Of a stretch of DNA of 64,000 nt, positions 1 to 12,565 are shown piece after piece. The DNA comes from Octopus vulgaris. Its lineage: Eukaryota. Location of the stretch: NCBI GenBank assembly GCA_951406725.2, contig OX597817.1, positions 115,754,001 to 115,818,000 on the forward strand, written 5' to 3'. The notes beneath the pieces were generated by a model. The model saw only the letters and a list, made by a program, of their open reading frames with translations. It did not search any database and had not been told where the DNA came from. A program made the position numbers and the translations under genes. The first letter of the stretch is position 1; the number at the start of each line of letters is the position of its first letter.

Positions 1-1950
1 CCTCTGAAACTAACTGTGCAAATTGGATTCATCTGTATATGTATGCATTTGTTTTGTCACAAAATACGTTGCACTCCGGAGATTCTGTAATCCAACGGCA
101 ACAACCTAGATTACTAAATTTCGTCATTTATTTATCAGTAACGATCAAAGTTAAAAACGATATCACTACATGCATAAATGGAACTGTATGCTGTAAGTTC
201 TGTAGCTACCATTTTAAAATATTCGCTGACACACCACTACTTATTTAGAATTAACAAATGCGAACGATATTTTAAATTATTTAAATAATATAAAAAATAA
301 ATAAATGCTATTTGAATGTTAATAAATTATTGTAAAATGAATTCATATTCACTTTAGCGTTTCGGAAGGAAATAATAGAGCAAAATGGAAAACAATTTAT
401 TATTTCCATTTAGGATAATTATCAATGCCCCTAATGGGTTTCTTGCGGATTATATATCATATTTAGTCGACTAAAAGCCTTTGTGAACAAATAATATCAT
501 AGAACTGAAAAGTCACTAAACGATTTTCTGCGAACAAAGCAAGTTTAAATCGTTTTGCAGGAAATGTATGTATGTTTATTTTGATTTCAATGATTTTATA
601 CAATCTATAATTCCATTCAGTATGCAGTGCTGAATTTCCATTTAAATGCGAACGTTTGTTTTGTTTGAATATATTATTAGGTATTAATCAGCTACGTATC
701 ATCTTAAACAACTATTTTTTTTCATTTATAAATCTAAAAATTTAAAGTTTAAGAATTAAAATCCATTTGTTAAATACTTCGACAATTGCGTGACAAAATC
801 TTAAATTCAAAGGAAAATGCATATAACACGAAATCTATGTGTCGAGGAATATAACGTTCGAGTTAATAGGATACATCTTAAAGCGTAAGTGTCAATTTTT
901 GTGTATTGACAGAAAATTCGTGCATATGAATTGAATATACTTAAAACTTTCTCAAAGCTCGTAATTTAAAGATATCCGTTCTCAAGTCAGCTCTGCTTCC
1001 AGCAATATCTTATATTAGAATGCGTTATATTTATTTCTTATTTTCCAGTTGCTGTGTATGGCGGACAGAATATTATATTATAACTTATGAATTTGAAATA
1101 TATCTTTGTGGGAATCCAATTTGTGTTACGAATAAGTACACTGGAGGTATTAGTTTATTATAAACGAGATAGAGCTATGAATACGCAATTCAAGACACAA
1201 TAGTAGATGGTAAAAATGTTAATAAGCATCGGGCAGTAATCTCATGCAAATTGATATTATGTTCTTTAGAAAATAAGTACACTTCAAGTACCTTAAAATA
1301 TAAACACGAAATTTGAGTATATGCGCTTACTAGATACGTTATAATTGCAGAAAATATACTGCTGAAGTCTTTCTCACTTAGGAATTTGACATCAAACATG
1401 TTATTTTATTTATCCTACTGTGGACGGTAAAATAACGCAAAGAAATATGATTGAGGTTTACAAAATTCAAGTTATAAACCATGCTTCAGAACATCACCAC
1501 AAACATAATCTTGTTTTCGTTATCATTATTTTCACATTAATTATTAAATAAAAAACGAGTGATATATTGTTTTCTTAGCACAGGGTTAACTTTCGGTGGA
1601 GAAGTAGGTATATAAGGAATTGAATAACGCGGAGTACATTAGGGATATCCATCAACCTAGGAGGATGAATTGCAGACTATTGGACCCCAAAATTAGTTGA
1701 ATATATAACGTAGAGGGATAAAGCTATTAGGAATGCCATACTTTCGTTCACGCTTCAGTGTTTATTTACACTCGATAAACTAAATAAAAACAAGAAGTGC
1801 AACAAGTTGTCGTTATGCTGCGTGTTAACATTAATTTCCGATTTATATAATCCGATGGCCTAATTTTCAGTACAGATTATTCTTGATAGTATAATGAAAA
1901 TATTTTACAAGAGTACCTTGCAAAGCCAATATTTTTGGTGTAATACTGAA

Positions 1951-2160
1951 TTCAAATTTTGAAAGAAGGCTAGAAATTTTGAGGCCTGAGGCAAGTCGAT
2001 TACATTAACCCTAGTGTTCAGCTGGTACTTATCTTATCGACCCCGAAAGGACAAAAGGTAAAATCGTCCTCAGTGGAATTAGAAATCAGATCGTAATGAC
2101 GGATGAAATGCCGCTAAGCATTTTCTCTGGTGTGGTAACGATTCTGCCAGCTCGTCACCC
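1951..2160 (-). mobile_element. tRNA-derived SINE, family A (octopus-type)
   Basis: Reverse complement of the recurrent GGCGAGCTGGCAGAATCGTTA...GAAATGCTTAGCGG...CCTTTCGGGGTCGATAA...AAGTACCAG repeat seen more than 12 times in the window. Confidence 0.8.
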
Positions 2161-2192
2161 TTTTTGTTTTTGTAATATTAATATTTATTGCA

Positions 2193-2402
2193 AGACGGCG
2201 AGCAGGCAGAATGGTCAGTAGGCCGGGCAAAATGCTTAGCAGCATTTCGCCTGTCTTTACGTGCTGAGTTCAAATATCGACCAGGTCGACTTTACCTTTC
2301 TACCTTTCGGGGTCGATGAAATAAGTACCACTTGAGTACTGGAGTCCATGTAATTGACTTACCCCTTCCCGAAATTGCGGTCCTTTTTCCAAACTTTGAA
2401 AC
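2193..2402 (+). mobile_element. tRNA-derived SINE, family A
   Basis: GGCGAGCAGGCAGAATGG...GAGTTCAAAT (B-box-like)...GGTCGACTTT...CCTTTCGGGGTCGATGAAATAAGTACC. Confidence 0.8.
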
Positions 2403-4166
2403 TAGTATCAGAATTTGTTATGTGAATATTTGAACAACATGCCAATTCAATTTCATTTGCAGTCCCTATAATTCTTAGGCTTATTTCTTTCAAATATCTC
2501 AATAGCCACGTCAACTGCTAAGCAGGCGAGTACATTATATCGACATGAAAGGTAGTAAAGTCTACAGAAACGGAATGCATTTGAGAAATAGTGCGTAACA
2601 AATTCTTCAGAAAAATGATTCTACGAAATACTTCCTATCTACCCCAAAAAAGTAATTATTTTTAGACCACTTATGTCCTTGGCGTATGTGTAAGTTAGAA
2701 AAGCTCGCACTCATTTGGTTGAGGCATAGTTCATCAACATATGATATACTGAAATACTCGCTTCTGTCTTTGAATTTTAACCTTTTACGAATTAAATTTT
2801 GTTGTTTAGGTTTTATATTGATAGAACTTTCCAGGAATAACAAGAATTGACGTCTAATATATTTTAGAGTCTCACAATATAATCGTTTCGTGGTCATTCT
2901 AGTTTATGTTTATATTAAATCATAGTGCACCTTTTCTAGGATTTGAATTTTCCAACGCCTATTCAACAATTGGCCACACATTATATCGTGATCTTCCCAT
3001 AAAACCTTTTAGTGAATACATTCCATCAATAAAATACCCCTGAAAGTGTGAAAGTTTTTTACATTCTGTTGGCAATTTTGTAAGCTCAGGTTTGAATTCT
3101 TCCAAGTCTGCATATGTATCTATTTAACTTGCTGTATTATAATTCATATATGTATGCGCGCGCGTGCACACACACACACACACACATACACGTGTGTGTA
3201 TATGCGTGTATGTATGTTGGTATATGTGTGCGGGAATGTATGTTCTCTGATAAATATTTTATCGCATACACAATATTATAAAGTCTGTCAGCATCCTAAT
3301 GTACTTACAGACTATATATTGTATTCAAAAAATCATAAATCGCTCGGTATATAATAGATACATAAATAAATTCTGTGATCTTTCAATATTCCTCTATTGT
3401 TATCTTTTAGGGATGATATATTCTGAAAAGTGTTTTCGGAATAATTCAGAAATAAATAAATATGAGATGTGAAAAAATATGGGAGCGTATACCACTTGAA
3501 ACGGTCATTTTTTAAAACAAGTATCTTATTGTCCAATTCTCTGCATAAAAGTCTTTTGTTATACGTTATACGTCTTCAGATTTATATTTTTGCAATTTTG
3601 AATATTACATTTTTATAATTTAGTATTGATTTCTTACATAGGCAAGACGAAAACATACTCATAACACAAAACTATTTAGAAGTCGTAAATAAACACAAAG
3701 CTACTGATTATTTTAGCGCTTTTTGATGTCAGTTTTTAATATATTACCTCTGTTTTGAATTCTTCGGTGTTTGCTACCACAAAATTCATTACTTGTTTCC
3801 GTTTTATGAAAAATATAAGACTTTAGAAGAGAGGTTTAGTTATGTGAAAGAATATGAACAACTTACTTCATAAAAAACTTAACACAAAAATGTAAGTAAT
3901 GTAGATCATTCCAACTTTTCGTTCCTGTTATTGTTGTCACGTTCCATTTTCATCCTACATGATATACAAAATGCATTGGAAATTTTTCAAAATTCGGCTT
4001 TTACTTGCAAAAAGAATTGCCTGTTAATTGCATTATGTAATTATTTCTGCGTCAGATATTCTACAACAAATAACCATTGAAAACAACAATTTGATAGCAC
4101 CACATATTGAAACCTTGCCAATTTGATATCCTGTGGTGTTCACAGTTATTAGACAAGTAACTTTCG

Positions 4167-4275
4167 TATACATACATACATAATACATACATACATACAT
4201 ACATACATACCTACATACATACATACATACATACATACATACATACATACATACATACATACATACACATACATA
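4167..4275. repeat. (TACA)n microsatellite
   Basis: Direct reading. Confidence 0.95.
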
Positions 4276-5605
4276 CATACATACATACATACATAAGCAA
4301 CATTACATTTGGTTTACATGGGTCAACACACCAACTATATTTCTGTTGGCAAGAGTCGAACGTATCTGTGTTCGATTTTCTTACCGTATCTACATGTCAA
4401 TACATATCTTTATATTCATATCTCTAGAGAAACAAAAAGAAAAAAACACTCTTCCAAATTGTGAACTGCATCAACATATATATGGGATTCTTTTGAATGG
4501 TATGTATTTTAACGGTTTTGAGTGATTAGATATTGTAAGTTCTGACTTTGTAAGTTGTGACCACATCTTGTTCGGATTTCGATGAAAAATATAAAAGTGG
4601 ATTTAGTTTGCTCCACAATATTTTGAGACCAAATATTCAAGTGTGTGTTAATGTAACAACTCACTATCTATTTTCTGTGATGATATAGTAATGTATTTAT
4701 ATTTTTTTATGTGAGCGAAATATGAAACAAATAAGTGTAATGTAAATTTTTTCATTGGATATCAGAAGGGTATTATTGCCATCGAAGTCAAAACATAAAT
4801 CTATTCAGAAATTATTATAATCAATAGAAGTAGTATTAATTCCAAAAGTAAACTTTATATCCTTCTGCTATTTATCCTGAGAGATTCTAACATCTGGACA
4901 CATGGCGCATAAAAGCTTAATATTTATATTGCTAAGAGCTTTTTGTCTACCAGCGATATCATATGTTTCGCTTTATGCACCATGCGTCCATAAAAGAAGT
5001 CCTCTCAAGGTAAATGACGCAGGTTCCGGTGCTTTAACAGTATATCCAAGTAAATGTGAGTCCATTAGTTTACAAATAACTTTCAACTAGATTGGTCATC
5101 ACCCCTCCATAACAACAGCGAAAACTCTTTCAAATATCCATCCCTCATTTAAAAAAAATGAATGATCTGCCTGCAAAATGTGGGTAGGTTACATACAGGA
5201 TGCCTGTTCAATTAAAATGCTTGGATCTAAATTATAACAACAGCACAATGTCACAATTTCACGTAGATTTAAGTCTCACAATAAAGAGTATGAAAAAAGT
5301 AAATCTTATACTTAACCTATCATTAAAAATAGAATCGACGTAGCTAATAGAAAGCATTCAATCTTTAGTTCACCATCCTTGTTCAAATAATACCTTCTGA
5401 TAACTACGTCGGCCGCTCATGAATAGTAGATTTGTTTTTGCCATTCTTTGAAGGTCACGTGCTGTATTCTCTTCTGGCAACGCCACAATACAGCGTGTTT
5501 GGTTTAAATTTGACAGTTTGCATAAAAGGAAAGAAAAAACAATATTCCATAAAATTGTATTTAAATAAGAAAAAGCTGAACTCAATTATAGCTGAGATAT
5601 AACTG

Positions 5606-6384
5606 TTTACTCAAATAGCCGGTCCCACCTTCCACCACTACCTCAAGACGGCTCCGGAACCTGGCGCGTGTGTTTTTCACTCTGTTCCTCTGAAGATCTT
5701 TCAGTATCTCCCTGATCCTTGGCCATCATCTTGGTACTCGTGTTGAAGGCAGAACAGTTGGTGTAATTCTCACCCACACCCCCAAATATAGTAATCCATG
5801 GGATTACAATCGTGGTAATTAGTAGGTCAGAATGTGGGTCTGGTGAAATCGTAGAATTTCTCCGACAACCACTTCTGACTTCTTCTGGACGTATGAGAAA
5901 GCGCCTAATCCTGCTACCTTACATGTAGTCCTCCAGCAGCAACTCTCTTTAGCCAGGATTTGGCCACAGTCTCCAGCAACTTTATATAGCCGTCTGAACT
6001 GGACCTAAGTCCACGTTCAAAGATGTGGCGATGAATTACGACTTGTGAACGTTGCCTGAATCCCTGTTGTTTTCCTTCTCGATAGTCACGGCTTTCTAGT
6101 TGCCACTGCAGCTGTCTATGTCACGTTTTACAGCCTTTACTGTGTTCACAAAACACTGAGCAGCAGTCATGATGTTGGCATTTTGATACCCGGTAAAAAT
6201 CATCATGATACAAGTAAATATTTTTCAATATTCAGATGGCTTCCAGTTTTCCAAGTCAGGAATTTTTTTCTCAACTACAAATTTAAAATTTATATTTTCC
6301 AACGCCGTTGATTGTTTGCCAATGCATTAAGCCTTCCTGAAAAGGGGAGAAACAATTCATCAAATTTAACCCGAACACCATGTA
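5606..6384 (-). pseudogene. Decayed Tc1/mariner-superfamily transposase (maT/DD37D-like) with one terminal end
   Basis: Minus-strand translation gives QD*..SHTSRRSQKWLSEKFYDF...DCNPMDYYIWG, matching the QQDxAPxH and SPDxNPxDY catalytic motifs; contains stops and frameshifts. Confidence 0.75.
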
Positions 6385-7074
6385 TAATAGAATGCTATAT
6401 TCAAACTGGAAAGATACATAGAGCAGTGTATCCACCAATACATATATCAGTCAAAATGTTACAGTTAAGATGCTCTTGACTACATGCCTGTTGTATCCAG
6501 ATTGGCCTAAGACTAAACGAAGAGAGCATCAAAGATTAACGTTTTGCCTAATAAGAATCAATTAATATTATGCTGCATCTTAGACATTAAAGACACACTA
6601 TTCCTTTTAACCAACCTAATCTATATTCATATTGAAGATCTTCGAAATGTATACGTAACAAATGCAAATATTTTTTCAAATAAAAACAACTAAATATATT
6701 CACTATTTGAAATATAATTGTTTGGCCGTAAGTCAACGAGCAAAGTATTAAGAATGAAAAACCTTAACTGAAAAGTTAATTGGAAACTCGAGCATATTCG
6801 GACACTATGAAAGAAATTATGAGAAGAATACAAAACGCATTTATTTTCTTATATTAAGGTGGTGCATATATTCGATCCAGGCTTTAATAATACACGAGAT
6901 ATAGAAAATGAAAATGCTCCCCCCTTTATCATAAATTTCTTTTCTGCCATACAAAATTCTACCGCTTAAGATTTTTTCGACTACTCATTCAGTTATTTGC
7001 TCCTCATTTAGGTATAAATTAGGATCTATTCGATTTTTTCTACATTAAATAAGTATTTATAAACTGATTCAAAT

Positions 7075-7268
7075 TTCAAATGTTCACATGAAGCCAGCAA
7101 GTTCGATTACATCGACCCCAGTGCTCAATTGCTATTTATTTTATCCCACCCGAAAGGAAGAAATGCAAAGCCTACCTCGGCAGATTTGAACTCAGAATAT
7201 AAAGCCATTACAAATGTGGCTAAGCATTTTGCCCAGCGCGCTAACTATTTCTCCAGCTCACCGCTTTA
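7075..7268 (-). mobile_element. tRNA-derived SINE, family A
   Basis: Diverged reverse-complement copy (CGATTACATCGACCCCAGTG...TTTGAACTCAGAA...CCAGCTCACCGCTT). Confidence 0.75.
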
Positions 7269-8099
7269 GCAGTATTTAGATAGTAACCAACACATATCTA
7301 TATTCAACGTGCCTGAATACAATTATGAATGTAAATACATAAATATTGATTTATTTCATAGAAATGATCATATACACAAAATTACATATAGAAGCTATAA
7401 AACACACACAAGACACACACATACACATACGTCACGTGCGCGCACGTGTCCGTGTTTATATACTTATGCATAGAGAGAGAAAGAGAGGGGGAGAGAGACA
7501 GTTAAAAATGACTGAGAATAAAAGGGAAAGGCAGTACAATGGAAGAAATAATGAAGGTGCTAATATTTGTAATTTTTATATTTTCTTGTGTAAACACCTT
7601 GTAGACATATCTATACATATCAGTGTATACAACAATCCATAGATATTTATTCCTTAAATATATATACGCATGTGTTTACCAGTATGGGCGTGTGATGATG
7701 TTCGTGACAGATTTCTGCTTTTCTCAGGGAAATTCTATTAACAGATGACTTATTTTCGCATCAACCCTTCAATTCACACGGCAAGCGTAGATTGCGTAAT
7801 GATCTTCATCGCTTCTAAAATTCTTGCATTTATCTCGCCTTAATCTACAGGTAAAGAAATTACAACTTCAACCCTATAAATTCAGAAACTCATTTGTTTA
7901 TTTGCAATTTTCAAGCGCTAAAACACGTTAAAAATAGGTTTACGAAGTTGCTATAATACAAATGTAGCTATAAATAATAGCTCATAAAAGATCAGGTAAG
8001 AAACCCTTAAAGAAAAAGTAGACAAACTTACGTGGGGGAAGAGAACCACGCAACTGTTACTGATAGGGCAGCAATGGTATCAAGACTCCAGAAGCAATA

Positions 8100-8480
8100 A
8101 CCAAAATTCGACTCTCAAATTAAAAGGCTCCTCTTACAGGCGTGAAAGAAATAATTTCTCTGACTTAAAATCACTTGTGGTCATTCCTCAATCACATTGA
8201 TATAGGCTACGACTGAACATTTGGAATCTATTCTTCGCATTGTCGAAAGTATATAGTCCAACCAAATCTGGAGCATCAGCCAAGTTGAACTGCAATTCAT
8301 CACAGAAGCATCAGGCAAAATGAACTGCAGTTTATCACATGAAGCGTTTAGTTGTTTTCTGATCATCATATAAATGCATAGACCAATGGTGTTCTTTCTA
8401 GCTTGTAGGATTAACTTCATTTCACTAATGTCAATATTGTGTAGCAACTTACGGCCTTTAGTAAAACAAATGTGTTTGTC
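8100..8480 (-). pseudogene. Probable hAT (ZBED-like) transposase remnant
   Basis: ORF 8181-8447 LQFILPDASVMNCSSTWLML resembles the hAT LxxDxxTRWNSTxxML motif; weak. Confidence 0.4.
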
Positions 8481-8729
8481 GTGTTGTAATTGTATATGTC
8501 GAACTGGATGCTACCGATACCTCTAAAAAATTCGCTTATCTCCCTTGTAGTAAATTATATGAGTGACTAAATCTAAGATCTCGCTAACCTTACCTATGTG
8601 AAACAAGTTGAGTTGATTAACCTAATATTAATTTTTCACGAAATCTTTCTTGTGGAATTTCTGTGAGAAATACGGGTGTTTTAATTTGTGAGTACTTTGT
8701 ATCACCTTACTGTCCGGATGAATCAATCC

Positions 8730-8915
8730 AAACATGAACAAGCAAGAAAAAACAACAACGTGAGTACGTGGAATAAGTACAGTGTTATTGGACGCTCAGG
8801 AAAAGAAATAAAAGCAAGGGCATTTCACGTTTAGAGCGGAGGTCTTCATCAGGAATATAGAAAAGTCCAAAGAAGGGAAGACAGAGAAAGAAAATCGCCA
8901 ACGATACACACGTAT
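8730..8915 (-). mobile_element. PLE-like terminal repeat fragment with degenerate hammerhead (8786-8857)
   Basis: Minus strand CTGATGA-agacctccgctc-TAAAC-gt...gagcGTC; shares CCTGAGCGT and GCTC(G/T)AAACGT with the repeat at 63876-64000. Confidence 0.5.
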
Positions 8916-9280
8916 TTTTGGAAGTTACAGGGATACTTAGTAACTAAAGATACGTATATGCCTCATGCATGTATCTACATTTCATGTGTAAATATAAACA
9001 CGTATATCAAAACAGCAAAATATAGAATATTTGTTTCCCTTTGATATTCTATAGAGACGTGATTATGCAAAGTGAAATTACCTCTTTTGTATTGCATACA
9101 CTTTAAATATTTCTACAAATATTATTTGAAGTTTTGGAGAAAATAGCTTAACAAAACGAGGGAACTGATTAATATTGAAGTGAAAATTTTTAGAATTATT
9201 TATTTCAATTTAAATATAATCAGAATGGGTGATACGTTCAGGTAAAATATTGCATTTTGTTAGATATTCTGCAACACTAC

Positions 9281-9541
9281 CAGTGCCAGATTTACCATTC
9301 TGCTTAGGTGTACTTAAGCGCAGGGCCTTGTCGACCAGGGTGGGCCCATCTTAATGCCCCCACCAATTTTTTACGATGAATTTTTCAAATGTCAAACGTT
9401 CAAATTATTTTCCCTAAAAAGTTATAAAAGTGAAATTAATAATTTGAACACGTTTTTCTAAGTATGTATGCCTGACTGTCCAAGTAAGGACCCCTATAAC
9501 TTAAGTAACACCAGGCCTACTTTGTCCTAAATCCAGCACTA
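9281..9541. mobile_element. hAT-like MITE
   Basis: Imperfect terminal inverted repeats CAGTGCCAGATTTA ... TAAATCCAGCACT. Confidence 0.55.
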
Positions 9542-10483
9542 CCGTCAAACGTCCATATAGATATGAATTATTTCCGACCCAATCAAAAGTTTAAAAAAAT
9601 ATATTTCTAAGATATAGCAATCGGGAAATCAATCATACTATTGTTATTGATTTCAAAATTATGAGTTAATTATTTATAAGCAGTTTCAAAATACCGAAGG
9701 AAAGATATATTTTTGCTTTTCTTTGAGCACTTAACGACAATATATGCGTGGTCCAAGGTGGTAATCTCTATGTATTCAGTGGGCCTAGCAGAAACGGCAA
9801 CAAATTTTCCATCAAGTTTCACCTTGCAGTAACTGACGTAGATCAAGTAGTACAATTTATACTACGCCGAAAGAAATGCTTGAATTATCATTTGAGCAAC
9901 TTTGATCATATCTGCTCGACCAGAACTCTCCTGAAATAAAGTGAAGCAAGAAATGTGTATCGGTGAGGGGAACAAATAGCTACCGCAGGAGGTTAACTTG
10001 GTTGTTTTTACGTAATGTAAGTCCTTTTAAATCTGCTATAGTAGTAGAAATCTATGTATGAATAATCATTTGTTCATTAGCTTGCATTATAATATTTCAT
10101 ACATTCCCAAATGCATAGACTTACATAATTATAGAAAATTTTACAATACTCAATTCCAGATCAGAGAGTCCAATTGATTTAATGAATCAGCGATGCATTT
10201 CGAAGTTACACTTGTCCTGTATTTAATAAGTGAAGTGTAAAAAAGTGAAATTTTGAATGAAACAAGCCAACTACGTAAAATATACAATTTAAGTGAAACA
10301 AGAAAAAAAAACAAACAGGAAGATAGCTTAATGTCGGGTTTAATTTATTAAACGTTTTACTGGCATCTCACGAGAGAACGAAGAAAACTCTTTACAAAGT
10401 GTTTGAAGTAACATAAAGTAGTGCAGATGTTTGCAGCTGTGGTAGAATATCATGGTGTGTCAAATAATTCTATTGTTATTATA

Positions 10484-10700
10484 ATCCTTTCTGCTATGGG
10501 TGCAAAGCCTGAAATTTGGGCGCGGGGATAGTCGATTACATCGACCCCCTCAGGGCTCAACTGGTACTTATTTTATCGACCCTGGAACGATAAAAGGTAA
10601 AGCTGATCTCGGCGGAATTTGAGCTCAGAATTTAAGGACGGATGAAAGACCGCTAATCATTTCGCCCGGCGTGGTAGCGAATCTGCCATTTTACCGCCTT
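10484..10700 (-). mobile_element. tRNA-derived SINE, family A
   Basis: Full-length reverse-complement copy. Confidence 0.8.
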
Positions 10701-11059
10701 TTCTACTGTTATTAGAATTATAGATTATAACATTCCTCTTCCCCTCTTTCAAATAAATACCTTCTCCCCCAATAAAAAAATGTATACCTTCGTATAAACA
10801 ATATAAATGACCCAATAGTTCAAGCTTTAAAACGATTTATGAATATTTTTCTCATTAGGTGTAACCATTATTTCCCTCGGGCTTCTGATACGATAAAATC
10901 TACCCCGCACAAAATAATGATTTCTGTAATAGGTAAATGACTGCAATCTATATGAGTGATATTTATTTCATTTACGCATGACAGTTGACCAAGATAGCTT
11001 TGAAAGGATTTGATTGCGGAAGCTGGCGCCGCCGGCTTTTTCCTTCAATGCTACATGAA

Positions 11060-11580
11060 TATGACATGATCCCTCTTAATTTCCGGAATCGCCACTGAAA
11101 ACAAATTCAAGTCTCAAACATAAGCAGAAAAAAGTGGTGGTAACATGTTTATTGAACGCAAACAAGTATTCTCGAGCATTATCCAGAGAATGATTCTACA
11201 ATGACCAGCGTAGACTACAATGAAATGCTGGCCAAGAGACTGACATCAATAATTCGCAACAATCAAGTGCTATTGTTACACGATCCTGTACTCTCACAGT
11301 GAAACAACTATTGAAAAATTGCATTTCATATTGTTTGAACACTCTGCATATAGTCTAGATCTCACCCATACCGTCTATCACATACTTGGGCCACTCACTC
11401 ATATTTTACAAGGTCAAAGATTTGCTACGGACGGGGAAGCACAGGAACCAGTTCACAAATGGCTGCGAGATCAGCCAGAAACCTTTTTCTTTGATGGAAT
11501 CAGTAAGTGTGTGGAAGAAGTGCATAAAAAAACAAAGCGATTGTGTGGGAAAATGTGGCAATTGTTCAACCTTTCATTTT
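11060..11580 (+). pseudogene. Decayed mariner transposase, C-terminal half
   Basis: ORF 11319: HSAYSLDLTHTVYHILGPLTHILQGQRF...VHKWLRDQPETFFFDGI matches mariner HPPYSPDLAPSDYHLFGPLK...GxRF. Confidence 0.8.
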
Positions 11581-11606
11581 GCTTAAGTAAATTCCAGTTA
11601 CCCTCG

Positions 11607-11638
<32 letters not shown>

Positions 11639-12379
11639 AATCAATCAATCAATCTCTCTATATATATATCTATTTATTTATCTATCTATCTGTACATACA
11701 TACACATACATACATATATACATACATGCAATATAAGCAGGTTTAATTGAGAAATTAACTTCCCGAGGTAAGTATAGTTATGTAGATATACATATTTTGT
11801 TCGCACGGTTTTCATTGTATCTCATCTCATATATCAAAATTCCAGTCTATGGATGATGATAAAACTACGGCCTTTATGATATAAAACTTATCGTAGCAAA
11901 ACCCTCGTTGTTAGTAACATTTGTCGGCCGCCAATTGGTTTGTTTATAAGAGAGGTTCTAAAACATTTTGAGCCACCACCACCTCATGGCCAAATAATAC
12001 CCTCAGCGTCCCCATCACAATTTTTTTACGTACCTCTCTTAATTTCAAAAGACTCTCAACTACATGTTCACCTTTTGTCATAGATGCGCTGACGGAGGGG
12101 AGGGGCTTTTATTATTTTTTTTGGTAAAATTGAAATTGGGTAGCGGATTGGATTAAAATTTAGAAAGGCCGATTTTTTCTTGCATCTTTGGAATCTCCGC
12201 AGTCAAAAAAGTGGGTTTCTGTAGAAAAAAACACTTTTTCGGGTTTTCCGAAAATCCTCTCAACACCCCACCTACCCATGTTCGTTTGCGCAATTTTTAT
12301 ATATTCGTTTTCTGCACAGTTGTTAACACCTAACAGGCTATTTTTTTTGTTTTCGTTAAAGGTCGAGGATCTTTATGTT

Positions 12380-12565
12380 GACCGCGAAATTCTTAGCAGT
12401 GTTTCGTCTGTCTTTATGTTCTGAATCCAAATTCCTCCAAGGTCGACTTTGCCTTCCATCCTTTCGGGATCAATAAATCAAATACTAATTGCGTACTGGG
12501 GTCGATCTAATTGACTGGTCCCCCTCCACCCAAATTTCGGGCTTTGTGCCTAGAGTAGAAAATAA
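12380..12565 (+). mobile_element. tRNA-derived SINE, family A (5'-truncated)
   Basis: CGAAATTCTTAGCAG...GGTCGACTTTGCCTT...GTGCCTAGAGTAGAAA. Confidence 0.75.
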
